A stretch of DNA of 64,000 nucleotides from Bdellovibrio sp. (GTDB taxonomy: Bacteria > Bdellovibrionota > Bdellovibrionia > Bdellovibrionales > Bdellovibrionaceae): the NCBI GenBank assembly GCA_036676395.1, contig JAKFCY010000002.1, forward strand, positions 2,112,001-2,176,000, written 5' to 3'. The position numbers and the translations under genes are program-made. The stretch's first letter is position 1. Each line of letters begins with the position of its first letter. Below are positions 39,014 through 48,930 of the stretch, piece by piece. A model generated the notes under the pieces. It was given only the letters and a program-made list of their open reading frames with translations. It did not search any database and was not told where the DNA came from.

Positions 39014-39030
39014 TACAAAGAGAGAAAAAA

Positions 39031-39714
39031 ATGTCAAAACAAAGAATTGAATTAACAGTTACAGCTCGCGAAATCGGCCGTGCTAACTCACGCGAATTAC
39101 GCGTTAACAAAATGGTTCCAGCCGTAATCTACGGAGCTATGGAAAACCAAAACGTATCTGTACACGTAAATGATATCTTAAAATACAACACTCGTGCTTA
39201 CGAGAATGCTTTATTAACTTTAAAATCAACTGATTCTAAATTAAACGGCAAAGTAGCTTTAATTAAATCCGTACAAGTTAACCCATTATCTCGTCGTCCA
39301 GAACACGTTGATTTTTTCGCATTAGACATGAACAAAGCGGTTCGCGTATCTGTAGAGATCAAAATCGAAGGTAAAGCGATCGGTCTTGCTGAAGGCGGAT
39401 TATTAAATATCGTTATGCGTTCAGTTGAGATTGAGTGTTTACCAACAGCAATCCCTGATTTCTTAACTTTAGACGTATCTAACTTAGGCGTAGGCGATTC
39501 ATTACATGCTTCTGAATTAACAATGCCAGCGGGAGTTAAACTTATCTCTCGTCCAGAAGTTACTCTTGCAGCAGTTGTTGAACAAGAAGAAGAAGTTGTT
39601 GCAGCTCCAGTTGCAGCAGCAGCTACTCCAGCAGCAGCAGCGGGTGCAAAAGCTCCGGCAGCAGCAGCAGGCGCGAAAGCTCCAGCAGCAGCTAAACCAG
39701 CAGCAAAAAAATAA
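39031..39714 (+). CDS. rplY: 50S ribosomal protein bL25/Ctc
   Basis: VPAVIYG, HVDF and IPDFLTLDVSNL motifs; prs-rplY-pth-ychF synteny. Confidence 0.96.
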   Translation: MSKQRIELTVTAREIGRANSRELRVNKMVPAVIYGAMENQNVSVHVNDILKYNTRAYENALLTLKSTDSKLNGKVALIKSVQVNPLSRRPEHVDFFALDMNKAVRVSVEIKIEGKAIGLAEGGLLNIVMRSVEIECLPTAIPDFLTLDVSNLGVGDSLHASELTMPAGVKLISRPEVTLAAVVEQEEEVVAAPVAAAATPAAAAGAKAPAAAAGAKAPAAAKPAAKK

Positions 39715-39720
39715 TTTAGT

Positions 39721-39766
39721 TTATTCCTGCAAAGCAGGATGAATTATTCCTGCAAAGCAGGATGAA
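39721..39766. repeat. Tandem 2 x 23-bp repeat, each unit a small hairpin
   Basis: ttattcctgcaaagcaggatgaa occurs twice; internal tcctgc-aaa-gcagga. Confidence 0.9.
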
Positions 39767-39783
39767 CTTATTAATGACAAAAT

Positions 39784-39818
39784 AAAAAAAAGGCGACTTC
39801 ACAGTCGTCTTTTTTTTT
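39784..39818 (+). terminator. Intrinsic terminator after rplY
   Basis: aggcgact-tcac-agtcgtct followed by a T run. Confidence 0.85.
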
Positions 39819-39832
39819 GCTTTAATACGCTT

Positions 39833-40414
39833 ATGTACTTAATCGCAGGCTTAGGAAATCCAGGTTCTAAATACGCAATGACCCGCCATAATATCGGGTT
39901 CATGGCCGCTGACTACTGGTTAAAATCTTTAGGTGGCGCTGACTGGCGCGACGAGCACAAAGCGATGACCAAAAAATTCAAAATCGAAGGTAAAGAAGTT
40001 CTCTTAGCCAAACCGCAAACCTTTATGAATTTATCTGGCGAATCTATCGTGGCGTTAATGAATTTCTATAAAATCGATCGTGCAAACCTTTTAGTTCTGC
40101 ATGATGAAGTCGATTTTCCATTTGGTACAATCAAAATGCAATTTAACCGCAGCGCTGGCGGTCAGAATGGCGTAAAAAGCATTACCCAATTATTAGGTAC
40201 ACAAGAATACGCTCGTCTTCGTTTAGGCGTGGGGCGCCCATCTCATCCTGATTTCGCGCTAGCTGACTACGTCTTAGGAAACTTCTCAAAAGAAGAGCAA
40301 ACAAACCTGGATAAGGTTTTAGATACTGCATCAGATGCCATCGAATGTTTTATATTAGAGGGCATAAATAAAGCCTCAACAAAGTTCAACGGACCTGTTA
40401 AGTTAGACCCTTAG
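39833..40414 (+). CDS. pth: Peptidyl-tRNA hydrolase
   Basis: GLGNPG, TRHNIGF, KPQTFMNLSG and RLRLGVGRP motifs. Confidence 0.97.
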   Translation: MYLIAGLGNPGSKYAMTRHNIGFMAADYWLKSLGGADWRDEHKAMTKKFKIEGKEVLLAKPQTFMNLSGESIVALMNFYKIDRANLLVLHDEVDFPFGTIKMQFNRSAGGQNGVKSITQLLGTQEYARLRLGVGRPSHPDFALADYVLGNFSKEEQTNLDKVLDTASDAIECFILEGINKASTKFNGPVKLDP

Positions 40415-40435
40415 TAATTTTGCTAGGAGTATGTC

Positions 40436-41536
40436 ATGGCTTTACAAGTTGGTATCGTAGGTCTTCCAAACGTAGGTAAATCTACATTATTTAATGCTTT
40501 AACTTCTGCAAAAGCAGAGGCTGCGAACTACCCGTTTTGCACAATCGATCCAAATGTGGGTATCGTGATCGTTCCAGATTCTCGTCTTGATCAAATTACC
40601 GCTTTCGTAAAACCACAAAGCATAATTCCAACAACAATGGAATTCGTTGATATCGCCGGTATCGTTAAAGGCGCTTCTCAAGGTGAAGGTTTAGGAAATC
40701 AATTCTTAGGTCACATCAAACAAACTGATGCAATCGTTCACGTGGTTCGTTGTTTTGATGATCCAAATGTTATTCACGTATCTGGTTCAGTAGACCCACT
40801 TCGTGATGTTGATGTGATCAACACTGAATTAATGTTAGCTGACTTTGATAACGCTGATAAAAAATTAAAAAAAGTTGAAAAGATGGCAAAAACATCTTCA
40901 GATCCAAAAGTAAAAATGGATCTTGATGTAACACAACGTCTTCACGCAGCTTTAGCACAAGGAAAACCGGCTCGTTCAGTTGTGTTGAACGACCTTGAAG
41001 CACCTTACGCGCGCGAGATGCACTTATTAACTTCTAAACCGGTTCTTTATGCTTGTAACGTATCTGATACAGATTTCGCTGCCGGTGGTAATGACTGGGT
41101 ACGTGCCGTTGAAAAACGTGCGGCCGAAGAAAATAATAAAACAATTATGATCTGTTCTGCGATGGAAGCTGAAATTTCTCAGTTACCACCAGAAGAGCGC
41201 AAAGATTTCTTAGATTCATTAGGCGCTACAGAGCCAGGCTTAAACCGCCTAATCCGCGAAGCTTATGCTTTATTAGGATTAGCGACATACTTTACAGCTG
41301 GCGAAAAAGAAGTGCGTGCTTGGACAATTAAAACTGGCTTCAAAGCCCCGCAAGCAGCCGGTGTAATTCACACTGATTTCGAAAAAGGTTTTATCCGCGC
41401 TGAAGCTTACCACTGCGAAGATTTATTCAATTTAAAATCTGAAGCGGCAGTAAAAGAAGCCGGTAAATACCGCTCTGAAGGCAAAGAATACATCGTCAAA
41501 GACGGCGACATCTTATTCTTCAAATTTAACGTTTAA
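40436..41536 (+). CDS. ychF: Ribosome-binding ATPase YchF
   Basis: GIVGLPNVGKSTLFNALT, NYPFCTIDPN and IHTDFEKGFIRAE motifs. Confidence 0.98.
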   Translation: MALQVGIVGLPNVGKSTLFNALTSAKAEAANYPFCTIDPNVGIVIVPDSRLDQITAFVKPQSIIPTTMEFVDIAGIVKGASQGEGLGNQFLGHIKQTDAIVHVVRCFDDPNVIHVSGSVDPLRDVDVINTELMLADFDNADKKLKKVEKMAKTSSDPKVKMDLDVTQRLHAALAQGKPARSVVLNDLEAPYAREMHLLTSKPVLYACNVSDTDFAAGGNDWVRAVEKRAAEENNKTIMICSAMEAEISQLPPEERKDFLDSLGATEPGLNRLIREAYALLGLATYFTAGEKEVRAWTIKTGFKAPQAAGVIHTDFEKGFIRAEAYHCEDLFNLKSEAAVKEAGKYRSEGKEYIVKDGDILFFKFNV

Positions 41537-41578
41537 TTCGGTGGTGCCAGGCCCTGTTTCTGGTAACGGCGCATTATG

Positions 41579-41603
41579 AAGGATCCGAAAGGATCCTTTT
41601 TTT
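41579..41603 (+). terminator. Intrinsic terminator after ychF
   Basis: aaggatcc-gaaa-ggatcctt followed by a T run. Confidence 0.85.
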
Positions 41604-42318
41604 AATAGGGCCAAACAAACGGCTTCATCTCATCAATGTAAATTTCTTCTAATTCAAAATAATTACTGATGCCTTTGCAACCTGTCATGGTTGAAGCCTT
41701 AAAGCCCGATACCGCGACTTTTACTTTAAAGCGTGCATTCATGCGAAATAGAACTTCAGCTTCTTGATCGTGCTTAGATTGATTTTCAACAACGCGCCCT
41801 GATTTCGAAATAATTTTAAATAAGGTATTTCCTTTTTTTGCAAATTCACACCCCACATTAAAAGCCATCGACGTGCTCGAAAAAGCCGGAAAACTAATTT
41901 CTTCTGAAGCCTGATATTTCTCGGCAATTTGTTCAGGCAAATTGGCTCCGCGAAAAACTTCTTTTTCACTGATTGGGTAATCACAAAGAACCGCATCTAG
42001 CTGCTGAGCTAATTGCAAAATATCGAGATTTTGCTCTTCAGTTTTTTTAAATAATTCGCGATTAATTTTCTCAAAGCACTTGTCGGTGTATTGATAAACC
42101 AGAAATTCGCTGGCGGTCGATGATTCATAGGCTCTGTCGTATTCCATATAGACGTCAGGATCAGAAGTGTTTTCAGGTGGGCACACTTTAACCGTGAGCT
42201 TTTTTAATAGATCATCAGCAAGAAGGGTCTTCTTGCTGGCTTCGCATGAGGTTTGATCAGCCAAGGCTGGCAGCGAATGCAAGAATACAAATAGAGCTAA
42301 AACCGCGAAGCTTTTCAT
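41602..42318 (-). CDS. Secreted mono-ADP-ribosyltransferase (R-S-E / ARTC class)
   Basis: Signal peptide ending ALA; VFRG, FSSTS and EAEVLF motifs. Confidence 0.8.
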   Translation of the reverse strand: MKSFAVLALFVFLHSLPALADQTSCEASKKTLLADDLLKKLTVKVCPPENTSDPDVYMEYDRAYESSTASEFLVYQYTDKCFEKINRELFKKTEEQNLDILQLAQQLDAVLCDYPISEKEVFRGANLPEQIAEKYQASEEISFPAFSSTSMAFNVGCEFAKKGNTLFKIISKSGRVVENQSKHDQEAEVLFRMNARFKVKVAVSGFKASTMTGCKGISNYFELEEIYIDEMKPFVWPY

Positions 42319-42425
42319 ACGCAGGGATTATGCAACTTCATGCCAAGTTAAAAACGACTACAAAGCATCAACTTGTCGACTTTTTTGACAAAGTGACTGC
42401 AAAAGAATGCCTGCAGCACGAATAT

Positions 42426-43031
42426 CTAAAACGTCATCCCCAAATTGAAATCCAGAAGCATTCCAGGGTCTAATTGGGTTTCGACCTGTTGAATAAGAGC
42501 TTGTTCATTGGCCCACTGGCCTTCGCCTGCTGCCCCGTAACCGAAACCAAATTGAAAAAGTGAAGTGTGATTCTTATTTAGCTCTCCGGTAAACTGATAG
42601 CCCACTTTAAATTGTACGCCAGTATCCGAATCTTCATCTGAAGAAACACCGTAGACTGGATCATTGTAGGTAATATTATTTACACCTGCTGCATACCCGA
42701 AAGACGTGTAAAGACCGCTGGTAAAAACCGAAGTGAAATAATAAGTGATCGACATTCCGACCTCGGCAAATTCATATTTATTCGGATCTTTGCTGCGAAT
42801 AATAAATCCCTCAGAATCGGATTTATACTGCTTTCCGAATATTCCCGTCATGATGTTATCAGTAAAAGCATAATCAACCTTTAAACCAATTCCCTGCTGC
42901 GCTAACGCAGCCCCATCGACAGTTAGTGAGTATTTATTTTTGTTTTGCTGAGCTAACGTTAATGAAGAACTAACTAATACCGCTGTAAATAACAAGGCCT
43001 TAAAAAGAAGTCGTTTAAAACTTAAACTCAT
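42426..43031 (-). CDS. Small outer-membrane beta-barrel protein
   Basis: Signal peptide, alternating aromatic strands and C-terminal FNLGMTF. Confidence 0.75.
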   Translation of the reverse strand: MSLSFKRLLFKALLFTAVLVSSSLTLAQQNKNKYSLTVDGAALAQQGIGLKVDYAFTDNIMTGIFGKQYKSDSEGFIIRSKDPNKYEFAEVGMSITYYFTSVFTSGLYTSFGYAAGVNNITYNDPVYGVSSDEDSDTGVQFKVGYQFTGELNKNHTSLFQFGFGYGAAGEGQWANEQALIQQVETQLDPGMLLDFNLGMTF

Positions 43032-43159
43032 TAGGCTTTAGGTTACAACGCGTTCTTCGATCATGAGAAGCAAAAAGTTAAAATTATGCTTATTTTCCGG
43101 CGCTCTGTACTTCAGTCAACAATGTTAACTAAAACCCTGAGCGCAAAAAAAGCAGCCCC

Positions 43160-45616
43160 CTAGTTTTGCATTTGGCGAAATTCAGAGCGGAATGGCTCCC
43201 ATTCTTCTTTTAGCGAAATCGGCTCTTTTAATTTCATCGGGATGGGATTTAATAAATACGTGTATTTATCCAGCTCGATCGATTTGTTATACAGTTTATC
43301 GTAAGTCGCGCGGTAAGTAAGAACCCGCTTAACGTAAGTTCTGGTTTCGACAAAAGGAATATGTTCGATGAATTTATCAAATTCTAACTGCCCCAAGTTT
43401 CGCATCCACGCTTTTACTCTGTGCGGGCCGCCGTTGTAAGCTGCTGCGACCAGCGGTTTCTGGTTATCAAGTTCTAATGATAATTTTTTTAAATAAGCCG
43501 CACCAAACTCGATTGATTTTTCAGGAGAAAACAATTGTTCGGTTTGAATTTTTTGATCGGTGATATCAGCTACTTTTTGTGCCGAATACGGCATAAACTG
43601 CATTAATCCTACAGCACCCACTGGTGAAATTGCGTCAGATTTGTAGCGTGTTTCGGCTCGCATAATCGATAAAATTAAATACGGGTCGATTTTTCTTTTT
43701 TCGGCGTACTGAAATACTTTTGTTTTGTAGGCCTCTGGATAAAGCGAACCCCACATCACCGGATCTGCCTTAATTTGTAATGAGGTTTTATCAGATTGTG
43801 AAAAACGATCCATTAACGATAGCGCCCGGTAATAAAATTCTTGCGACAAATAAAATTGCGCCAAGACTTCGGCCTTTTTACGGGTATTGATCTTTTTTTC
43901 GATTTCGTATAAATGCCAGCGGGCTAAATCTGGTTCATTTTGCAGAATTAAAAATTTTGACCAGTTAATTTGCGCTGTTAAATCTTTTTCAGAAGATACT
44001 TCAATACCCGCTGTATCTGTGTTTTGAATGACTTCGTTTTCAGAATTGGCTAATTGAACTTCGCCTTCATCAGTTTCATAAGATGTTTGGTCAAAAAAGC
44101 TGTACGATTCCATAATTTGCGAATAACTTTGTGTTTCAGAAGCTACCGGAAACGGGCCTTTATTCATTTTTGCAACAAGCGCGATGCTTTTTAAAACACC
44201 GTTATCTTGAAATTCTTTTTTCATATTTTCGTAACGAAGCCAGGCTAATAAATTATAATAAGAAAACGATTTCTGTGCCAACACTGGCGCTGACAAAGTT
44301 CTAAAGCCTGCGATCGCTGAACTTTCGCTGCCTAGTTTAAGTCTTGTATCAGCCACCCAATAGGCTAATCGGGCTTCATCAATAGCAAAAGGCACAGTGT
44401 CTTCAAACGCACCTAAAGCTTTTTTGTATTGGCCATCAAGATATAAAGTCCATCCCCGTAACCAGGCAATTTGATCAAAATCACGCGAAGGACGCCCGCG
44501 TCTTTTCTTTTTCTTATATGGATGAGCTTTGTATAATTCATCAAAGATCGTATGGGCTTGGGTGTATTTTTTTATTTGGTACAATAAAAAGCCCTGCTGA
44601 AATTTCATTTCTTCAAATTCTTTACGACTTTTTGTTTTTGTTAAAATTTTAGCGATGATTTGTTCAGCTTTTTCTAATTCGCCGGCACGCTGGGCAATAA
44701 AGAAATAATTATCTTTATAATCAGTCTCCATCAGCTCTTTTTCATATTTCGCTAAATTTTTAAAAGCAGTGACCGGATCACCCTGATTTGAATCATAAAC
44801 TGCGCGAACATAAGTGCGCTCCCAGTTTTGCAACTTGGCATAAACTGAAAACAATTCAATTTCACGCAAGGCCTGAAATTCTTTCGCGGCAAAAAGAAGT
44901 CTGCGCATGCGAGTTAAAAAATCATCTAAAGCTACAGGGCATTTTTCTGTCGCCGTAGTTAATTCGACGAAATCGATTCCGGGTTCTGCGATCCAACGAT
45001 CGCGTTCGGTGTAGCAGATTTCATCAAAGTATTTATTTCTTTGCAGCCATTTTAAATACTCTTCTTCAAAAACTTCACCCTCAGACGAACCGCGCAGTTG
45101 GCGCAAGATCGCACGTGATTCAGTTTTAATAAACGCTACGGCATTGGCAAATTTTAATTGCTCGACCGGAGAATTAATTAAGAACACAATCAATTCTAAG
45201 CGAATGCGAATAAATTTTTTCTCTTTTTTCAGCGCCAGATAATGTTTATACACATCATCATAATTTCCTGACCATGTAGATAAAAAATAATCTTTATAAT
45301 TATTTAAGATGGCCTGAGGCGGATTCCATTTTTTGATTTTTTCAATAGCGTTATTCACGTTCTGACTTTTTTTCGTGAATTCAGAAAATGCATCAACTAG
45401 CGGCTGATTTTCTTTCAAAAACTCTTGATAAGATTTATCACCCTTCAAAGAACTAATTTGTTCTCTGTTCAAGTGGGCTGCTGAGATATCAGTTTTAATT
45501 GTAGAAATTGTTTTTGGCGTGTCAGTACTTTTGCCCTCAAGAAAATGCGAATTTGGCTTACTAGAAAATGCAAAAGCGAACGAAAATAAAAACTTGAACA
45601 AGCTGAATAACACCAT
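43160..45616 (-). CDS. Slt-type soluble lytic transglycosylase with TPR-like N-terminal region
   Basis: IMRAET, GAVGLMQFMP, AAYNGGP and ETRTYVKRV motifs. Confidence 0.9.
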   Translation of the reverse strand: MVLFSLFKFLFSFAFAFSSKPNSHFLEGKSTDTPKTISTIKTDISAAHLNREQISSLKGDKSYQEFLKENQPLVDAFSEFTKKSQNVNNAIEKIKKWNPPQAILNNYKDYFLSTWSGNYDDVYKHYLALKKEKKFIRIRLELIVFLINSPVEQLKFANAVAFIKTESRAILRQLRGSSEGEVFEEEYLKWLQRNKYFDEICYTERDRWIAEPGIDFVELTTATEKCPVALDDFLTRMRRLLFAAKEFQALREIELFSVYAKLQNWERTYVRAVYDSNQGDPVTAFKNLAKYEKELMETDYKDNYFFIAQRAGELEKAEQIIAKILTKTKSRKEFEEMKFQQGFLLYQIKKYTQAHTIFDELYKAHPYKKKKRRGRPSRDFDQIAWLRGWTLYLDGQYKKALGAFEDTVPFAIDEARLAYWVADTRLKLGSESSAIAGFRTLSAPVLAQKSFSYYNLLAWLRYENMKKEFQDNGVLKSIALVAKMNKGPFPVASETQSYSQIMESYSFFDQTSYETDEGEVQLANSENEVIQNTDTAGIEVSSEKDLTAQINWSKFLILQNEPDLARWHLYEIEKKINTRKKAEVLAQFYLSQEFYYRALSLMDRFSQSDKTSLQIKADPVMWGSLYPEAYKTKVFQYAEKRKIDPYLILSIMRAETRYKSDAISPVGAVGLMQFMPYSAQKVADITDQKIQTEQLFSPEKSIEFGAAYLKKLSLELDNQKPLVAAAYNGGPHRVKAWMRNLGQLEFDKFIEHIPFVETRTYVKRVLTYRATYDKLYNKSIELDKYTYLLNPIPMKLKEPISLKEEWEPFRSEFRQMQN

Positions 45617-45790
45617 AGGTAATATGCTACCCTTTTTACAGAGGTAAACGAAGGATAAAACAGTCGCAAGTCTGCTAGCTCGCAATGCATTGATTGAGTC
45701 CCCCTTGACCAAAGGCTGGCTGACAATATGATTTACCAAAATCAAGTTTAGTTATATTATAAAAGCCATCAACATCTGAAGAGGTCTATC

Positions 45791-46165
45791 ATGAGTTCAA
45801 TTACTAAAGAATCTTTTAAAGCCGGCGATTTTATTTTTTTTGAAGGCGATATTGAAGCTCACTTCTATATTATTGAATCAGGCACCGTAAAAATTTTTTC
45901 GAAAAATAAAACTGGGCAAAAAGTTGAACTTGCAACCCTGAATCCGGGTGAAACATTCGGAGAATTTGCATTGATTGATAAAGGGGCGCGTACAGCCAGC
46001 GCACAAGCAGCTACAGACTGTAAATTAATGAAAATTTCTGAAGAAGGTTACAACATCATGTTAAACGATCTTCCGCTATGGGCTTCGTCAATGCTTGAAT
46101 CTTTTTCTTCAAGATTAAAAACGATGAACACTCAGCTCAAAGATTTCAAAGCTTCGCCAAAGTAA
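45791..46165 (+). CDS. Stand-alone cyclic-nucleotide-binding domain protein
   Basis: FYIIESGTV and GETFGEFALID...RTASA motifs; no HTH domain. Confidence 0.88.
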   Translation: MSSITKESFKAGDFIFFEGDIEAHFYIIESGTVKIFSKNKTGQKVELATLNPGETFGEFALIDKGARTASAQAATDCKLMKISEEGYNIMLNDLPLWASSMLESFSSRLKTMNTQLKDFKASPK

Positions 46166-46235
46166 ATTGTCACTTCGTCTACTTTACACACACTGGTTTT
46201 GCCTTTAAGTAATTTAACCAGCTTTTAACCATGGT

Positions 46236-47249
46236 TTGAAAATAGCACCAAGTTTATCCGTGAAGTACGTTCTAGCAACTTTTATTATCGTCTGCATGGC
46301 CTCTGCGGCCTTTGCCAATCCAGAAATTAGCCTTGCTGAAGCCACGGCTATTGAACAAATTGATCAGCTTCATGATTCTGATGACTCTGCCTTAGATGTC
46401 GAAAACAAAAGTGAAATAGATTCGCAAAAAAGTAAAATTTTAATTGCCGGCGATAGCTGGGCCTTTTTTACCTGCATTTACAACAGCATGGGTAAAATGA
46501 TCCGCGATAAAAAAGCTCCATTGGTCGAAGATAATCGCTGCTGGAGAACTTCAAGAACTGGCTTAACCGCTGCCGAATGGTCGGCTTCTAAATCTCATAA
46601 ACGAACTCTTAAATTCATAAAAAATACCCCGCGCATTAAATATTTATATTTATCACTTGGCGGAAACGATTTGATGCGCAGTTGGAACCAGGATTTTACA
46701 CCTGCACAAGAGCTGCAACTGTTTGAAGCCACAACTAAGACACTGAAAAATATTATGGATAGCTATCTGGCAGTTCGCCCTGATCTAACAATTATTCTAG
46801 CGGGCTATGATTTTCCAAATTTTACGATCAAGTTTACACTTCCACTCTATCGAAAAATACATAAACGCATGCATGAGCCTGCACCAGAACGCATGAATAA
46901 TCTTTTAGTTCAATTTACTGAACACGCGGCTAAACTTGTTAACGGAAAAAATATTTTCTTCATTCATAGCATTGGTCTTTCGCAGTATTATCACGGTGTA
47001 CCTGAAAAAGGCTTTGCCGCAAAACTGACGGCAAGTCCCGCAGAAATTTCACCGATGAATGATCCAGGTTGTGCCGGTGGTAATGTCTGCATTCAAACCA
47101 GCAAAAAAAGCATGGTTAACTGGTTATTTATTCTGCGCGATGCTTTTCATTTGAATACCAGAATGTACAGAAAAGTTATGCATCATGCTTATGACAACTT
47201 GATAGTTCACCTGCTGCGCCGTGAAGAAATCCTGCAAATGACTCATTAA
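46236..47249 (+). CDS. Secreted SGNH/GDSL hydrolase, paralogue of 27959-28999
   Basis: GDSW, GGND and DAFH blocks; long stretches shared with the other copy. Confidence 0.8.
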   Translation: MKIAPSLSVKYVLATFIIVCMASAAFANPEISLAEATAIEQIDQLHDSDDSALDVENKSEIDSQKSKILIAGDSWAFFTCIYNSMGKMIRDKKAPLVEDNRCWRTSRTGLTAAEWSASKSHKRTLKFIKNTPRIKYLYLSLGGNDLMRSWNQDFTPAQELQLFEATTKTLKNIMDSYLAVRPDLTIILAGYDFPNFTIKFTLPLYRKIHKRMHEPAPERMNNLLVQFTEHAAKLVNGKNIFFIHSIGLSQYYHGVPEKGFAAKLTASPAEISPMNDPGCAGGNVCIQTSKKSMVNWLFILRDAFHLNTRMYRKVMHHAYDNLIVHLLRREEILQMTH

Positions 47250-47366
47250 GCCCTAATTCGGAAGCTGTAAAAAAGTTTGACGCTATCACTGTGTCAAATG
47301 TCGTTAAATAGCCATAACCCGGTCTTAAATTTGTAATTAGATTCAAGCATAAAGGAGCCACACCCC

Positions 47367-48245
47367 ATGAAGCGGAATTTGATTTTATCTCTAGTTGCAA
47401 TTTTGGGTGTTATTTTTGTCGCGCAAGCCAGTTTTGCGCGCACGGCGACGACAGGTAAAAAACAAATAGCCGCACCGAAATCATACCCCGATGTTGATGA
47501 TCCTGCGGTGGTAAAATCTCCGTTTAAATTTTCAACCGCTATAAGTTTAGCTTACGAACAAAGTGCCGAAGAAAAATCGAACGGTGTTAGATCGCGCGGT
47601 CTTGGTTTAGCCGTGGTTCCTAAATTTATTTTTTGGGATTTTTCAATTCGTGCAGATTTATTTTATGGTTATGATTTAAACGCTCCAAGCACAGGTTCGG
47701 GTATTGCCGATGGCGTATTTTCACTTTTATACGACGGCTGGAAATTTTCGGCGTTAAAATTTTCGCCCTACACATCAGTTGAGCTTCCGTTATCAAAAGA
47801 ATCTCGCGAAAATCGTGAAATCGAATTAGTAAATAACGTGGGTGTATTAATCAGCCTTGATACCAAAGCTTTAGATATTTCAAAATTAAGCATGTCTTAC
47901 TCGGTCGCTTACGGTTACTACACAAACAAATATACAACGCGCGTAAATGGTGAACCGGCTACTGAATACAAAATCGTGCAAACCTTTAAAGCTGGTTACA
48001 ATTTTGATCCGATTTCGATCGCCACAAAATTTCAGTTCACAAGTGCTTATTCTTACGAAGATGTGGTGCGTTCTGGCTTCTTATTAGTAGAAAGTATTTC
48101 TTATGAAGTAAACGACACTGTTGGATTTTCACTTTACCACTACAACCGCGCAGCCCTTTTAAAAGATACGACTTACGAAAACAACTTAAAAGCTTTCGAT
48201 AAAGAGACTTCGACAATTGGTCTTGGAATAGATTTATCGCTTTAA
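47367..48245 (+). CDS. Probable outer-membrane beta-barrel protein
   Basis: AAGGAG RBS, signal peptide, amphipathic beta-strands and terminal IGLGIDLSL. Confidence 0.65.
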   Translation: MKRNLILSLVAILGVIFVAQASFARTATTGKKQIAAPKSYPDVDDPAVVKSPFKFSTAISLAYEQSAEEKSNGVRSRGLGLAVVPKFIFWDFSIRADLFYGYDLNAPSTGSGIADGVFSLLYDGWKFSALKFSPYTSVELPLSKESRENREIELVNNVGVLISLDTKALDISKLSMSYSVAYGYYTNKYTTRVNGEPATEYKIVQTFKAGYNFDPISIATKFQFTSAYSYEDVVRSGFLLVESISYEVNDTVGFSLYHYNRAALLKDTTYENNLKAFDKETSTIGLGIDLSL

Positions 48246-48261
48246 TTAAAGAAGGTGTAAC

Positions 48262-48930
48262 ATGAAAAATCTAATTATCTTTTCAACTCTGGTCGTCATG
48301 GCCGTGATCAATTTCACGGGTTGTGGCAAAGCCCAAGAGCGCCCGGCAAAGCCAAATAAAAAAATCGCAAGCCAGGTTGTGGCGATCGATGGCTTAATTG
48401 ACATCACAAAAACAGAACAGCAAAATTCACCAGAAAATATTTCTTTTAAAAAAAGGCTCATCGCAAAATTAGAAACTGCAGAAAAACGCGAACAGGCCGA
48501 AAACTTATTAGCACAGAACAAACTGGTCTATATGTTAATGGAAGGTAAAGTAATTTTACTTGAATACATGCCGGCGACAACTAATAAGCACGCCAGCGCT
48601 TCAGTTTCAGCGACCATTGAAATCGCCGCAGACGAAGCTACCGCCGCGGTTAAGCTTTATACATACGAATCACTTATGGCTTTAAAAGCAGGTCGCACTG
48701 AAGAAGCTGTTTGGTCAAAAGTAAGCTTACCTTCACAAAATCATTTTATGATCTTAGCTGAAATCGGCATGCAAACCGGGGTTTTAGAAAACGAAACTAC
48801 TGATTACGACGAGAAAAAAAGTACGCTAAAATTAACTGAAACTTCGCTTGAACAAGCGCAGGTTTTACTTTTACAAGCTGAACTTAAAACAGCAGCTACA
48901 GGCGATGTTTCCGGTGACGAATCGAAATAG
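48262..48930 (+). CDS. Hypothetical lipoprotein
   Basis: Lipobox FTGC; GAAGG RBS. Confidence 0.65.
   Translation: MKNLIIFSTLVVMAVINFTGCGKAQERPAKPNKKIASQVVAIDGLIDITKTEQQNSPENISFKKRLIAKLETAEKREQAENLLAQNKLVYMLMEGKVILLEYMPATTNKHASASVSATIEIAADEATAAVKLYTYESLMALKAGRTEEAVWSKVSLPSQNHFMILAEIGMQTGVLENETTDYDEKKSTLKLTETSLEQAQVLLLQAELKTAATGDVSGDESK

Noticed and set aside
38999..39030. CUGAUGAG, the hammerhead ribozyme core, in the rplY leader
   Set aside because: The potential stem II (GUA/UAC) is followed by AAA rather than GAAA, and no stem III or cleavage triplet could be built.
39721..39766. Mini CRISPR array
   Set aside because: The two units abut with no spacer, and no cas genes are present.
42331..42346. 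Sigma54-like TTGGCATGAAGTTGCA upstream of the ADP-ribosyltransferase gene
   Set aside because: GG-to-GC spacing is 9 nt, not the required 10.
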